64,000 nt of DNA from an uncultured SAR116 cluster alpha proteobacterium (GTDB taxonomy: Bacteria; Pseudomonadota; Alphaproteobacteria; Puniceispirillales; GCA-002684695): NCBI GenBank assembly GCA_902539295.1, contig CACBIM010000006.1, positions 36,723 through 100,722 of the forward strand. Reading direction: 5' to 3'. The position numbers and the translations under genes are program-made. Position 1 is the first letter of the stretch. Each line of letters begins with the position of its first letter. This document shows, in pieces, positions 62,124 through 64,000 of this stretch. Under the pieces are notes generated by a model that saw only the letters and a program-made list of their open reading frames with translations, searched no databases and was not told the DNA's origin.

Positions 62124-62733
62124 TTTTCAAAGTAAAAGCACTGATGGCAAAACATCTATTTCAGAAAGATCTGAAAGTATAAATAGTATCGGCAATGAAG
62201 AATTGGATGTAGTTATAAAAAATGATGGTCTTGTCAATATTTATAATTTAAGGGGCAATCAAAGAAGCTCAGTTTTTCGGAAAGTTGTCCAAAGCAGCTT
62301 AGATATTAACATGCCTAACAAAACAGGAAGTTTAGAAATAAATGATGGAAAGTATTTTCTGCAAGTGAGTCCAGATGAATGGATAATATTGAGCAATTCA
62401 AATAATATCGATAAACAGATTTTAGATTTTGAAAAAAAAATTAAAAAAATTCACTACGCACTCACCAATCTAACTGATCAATATCAGGTCATTAATATAT
62501 CAGGAGAAAAATCCAGATGGGTTCTATCTAAGGGATGTAGTATTGATCTGGATCCTTCAGTTTTTGGTCCTAAAGTTTGTTGCCAAACAACTCTTGCTTT
62601 AACTGATATTACATTGTGTTGTATTTCGAAAAATTCTTTTATTTTGTTTTTTAGAAACAGCTTTGCTAATTACTTATTAGATTGGATCGAAGACGCTTCA
62701 TTTGATTGTAAATATAAGTTTGTACAACCTTAA
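62113..62733 (+). CDS. soxG: Sarcosine oxidase subunit gamma
   Basis: NLRG, SPDEW, L.KGCSIDL.P..F, RNSFA.YL..W; ATG 62113 overlaps the soxA end. Confidence 0.85.
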   Translation: MEFNFQSKSTDGKTSISERSESINSIGNEELDVVIKNDGLVNIYNLRGNQRSSVFRKVVQSSLDINMPNKTGSLEINDGKYFLQVSPDEWIILSNSNNIDKQILDFEKKIKKIHYALTNLTDQYQVINISGEKSRWVLSKGCSIDLDPSVFGPKVCCQTTLALTDITLCCISKNSFILFFRNSFANYLLDWIEDASFDCKYKFVQP

Positions 62734-62736
62734 TCT

Positions 62737-64000
62737 TTAAGCTTCAGTGTTCGGTAGTTCTTCTTTTCTCTTTTCTATAAAAGATCTTAATGCTTCATCT
62801 ATGGACTTATCAATTTCTGGCGGTTCATAACTTTCAAGTAGTTTCTTCGCAATTTCTCCAGCTCTCTGCATTTGATCAACCTCACCCTCAGATGACCATT
62901 GCTCAAAAGTTGAATTATCTGAAACTTTTGATGTCCAAAAAGCAGTTTCAAAATTTCTTTGAGTATGATCACAACCTAAAAAATGCTGTCCTGGGCCCAC
63001 CTGCCTTATAGCATCCATAGCTTGTCCATTTTCTGTTACATCTGGGCCATCAGTTAAAACTGACATAGCACTACACTGATCCGCGTCAATTATAAATTTT
63101 CTTATATCTGAAACTAGTCCACCTTCCAGCCATCCAGCAGCATGTAAAACAAAGTTTACTCCTCCTAAAACTGAAGGCCATAAAGTATTGAGTGACTCAA
63201 TGGCTGCTTGTGCGTCTGGTATTTTGGCTCCATTAAGACTTCCACCTGATCGAAACGGCACTCCTAATCTTCTAGCCAATTTTGCAGCTGTAAATAATAC
63301 TATTGCTGGTTCAGGTGTTCCAAATGTAGGAGCGCCTGATTGCATTGAAATTGAAGATGCAAAACTACCAAATACCACTGGTGCACCAGGATTTATCATT
63401 TGCGCAAAAGCCATGCCACTCATAGCTTCTGCAAGTGTCTGCGCAAGAACTCCAATTGGTGTTACGGGAGCCATTGCACCTGATAGAATAAAAGGTGTTG
63501 TTATAACAGCTTGGTTTGAACGTGCGTATTCTTTAAGAGCGCCCAACATAGTTCCATCCCATGTCATAGGAGAATTAGCATTAATTAAACTAATCATAAC
63601 TGTATTTTCTTTAACAAACTCCTCACCAAAAATAATTTTAGCCATATCAATTGTGTCTTTTGCACGTTCAGGAGCTGTTACTGAGCCCATAAAAGGCTTA
63701 TCTGATAATCTCATATGTGTGTAATTCATTTCTAAGTGTCTTTTAGTAACCGGTAAATCTACAGGCTCACAAACAGTGCCACCTGAATGATGAATACCAG
63801 GACTTAGATAAGCTAATTTAACAATATCCTGAAAATCCTTAATTGTAGCGTAACGTCTTTCACCATCTAAAGATCTTATAAAAGGCGGACCATACACTGG
63901 GGCAAACACAGTATTACTACCTCCTATTTCAACGGAGCGACTTTTATTTCTTGCGTGTTGAGTAAATTCACTAGGCGCGTGTTCAATCCATTTCTTGCAG
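62737..64000 (-). CDS. Trimethylamine methyltransferase (MttB) superfamily, non-pyrrolysine; 5' end outside window
   Basis: Frame open to the window edge (APSEFTQHARN..SVEIGG), NANSP...D, GAPTFGTPE, AKIPDAQA, LHAAGWLEGG, VGPG.HFLG. Confidence 0.92.
   Translation of the reverse strand, partial: CKKWIEHAPSEFTQHARNKSRSVEIGGSNTVFAPVYGPPFIRSLDGERRYATIKDFQDIVKLAYLSPGIHHSGGTVCEPVDLPVTKRHLEMNYTHMRLSDKPFMGSVTAPERAKDTIDMAKIIFGEEFVKENTVMISLINANSPMTWDGTMLGALKEYARSNQAVITTPFILSGAMAPVTPIGVLAQTLAEAMSGMAFAQMINPGAPVVFGSFASSISMQSGAPTFGTPEPAIVLFTAAKLARRLGVPFRSGGSLNGAKIPDAQAAIESLNTLWPSVLGGVNFVLHAAGWLEGGLVSDIRKFIIDADQCSAMSVLTDGPDVTENGQAMDAIRQVGPGQHFLGCDHTQRNFETAFWTSKVSDNSTFEQWSSEGEVDQMQRAGEIAKKLLESYEPPEIDKSIDEALRSFIEKRKEELPNTEA

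Noticed and set aside
57471-62733. Sulfur-oxidation sox genes
   Set aside because: Name overlap only; the motifs are those of heterotetrameric sarcosine oxidase.
63188-63724. 178-aa + strand ORF, and other short ORFs overlapping assigned genes
   Set aside because: These are antisense or alternate-frame shadows of well-supported genes and have no motifs.

Overview
AT-rich (roughly 30% GC by eye), gene-dense chromosomal segment of a streamlined marine alphaproteobacterium, probably Rhodospirillales/SAR116-like. The taxonomy is inferred from gene order, the alpha-type LexA box and the RNase E GWW tail. Positions 1-16 kb are accessory metabolism: a 2OG-Fe(II) oxygenase, guaC, a divergent M20 amidohydrolase/DUF1028 pair with a peptide-type ABC transporter and GntR regulator, an SDR, a MOSC protein, and an FAD monooxygenase with DUF2783. 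Positions 16.3-18.1 kb are a 1.65-kb integrase-less islet bounded by tRNA-Met and a 50-bp duplication of its 3' part. It has arm-site-like repeats and an ATL/MGMT-like gene bracketed by inverted repeats. Positions 18-49.7 kb are core genes (mnmA, fdx, iscS, cysE, tyrS, AsmA-like, bcp, prfB, mrcA, amiC, rne, dsbA, aroQ, accBC, frameshifted aat, mlaD, nrdJ, ridA, clpAS, dacA-like). Positions 49.8-64 kb hold an extradiol dioxygenase with an FAH protein, umuDC with a LexA box, pyrE, an M20D amidohydrolase, an MFS transporter, the sarcosine oxidase operon soxBDAG and a partial non-pyrrolysine MttB methyltransferase. No CRISPR array, rRNA, transposase or integrase was seen. All product calls come from motif recognition by eye; no database searches were run.
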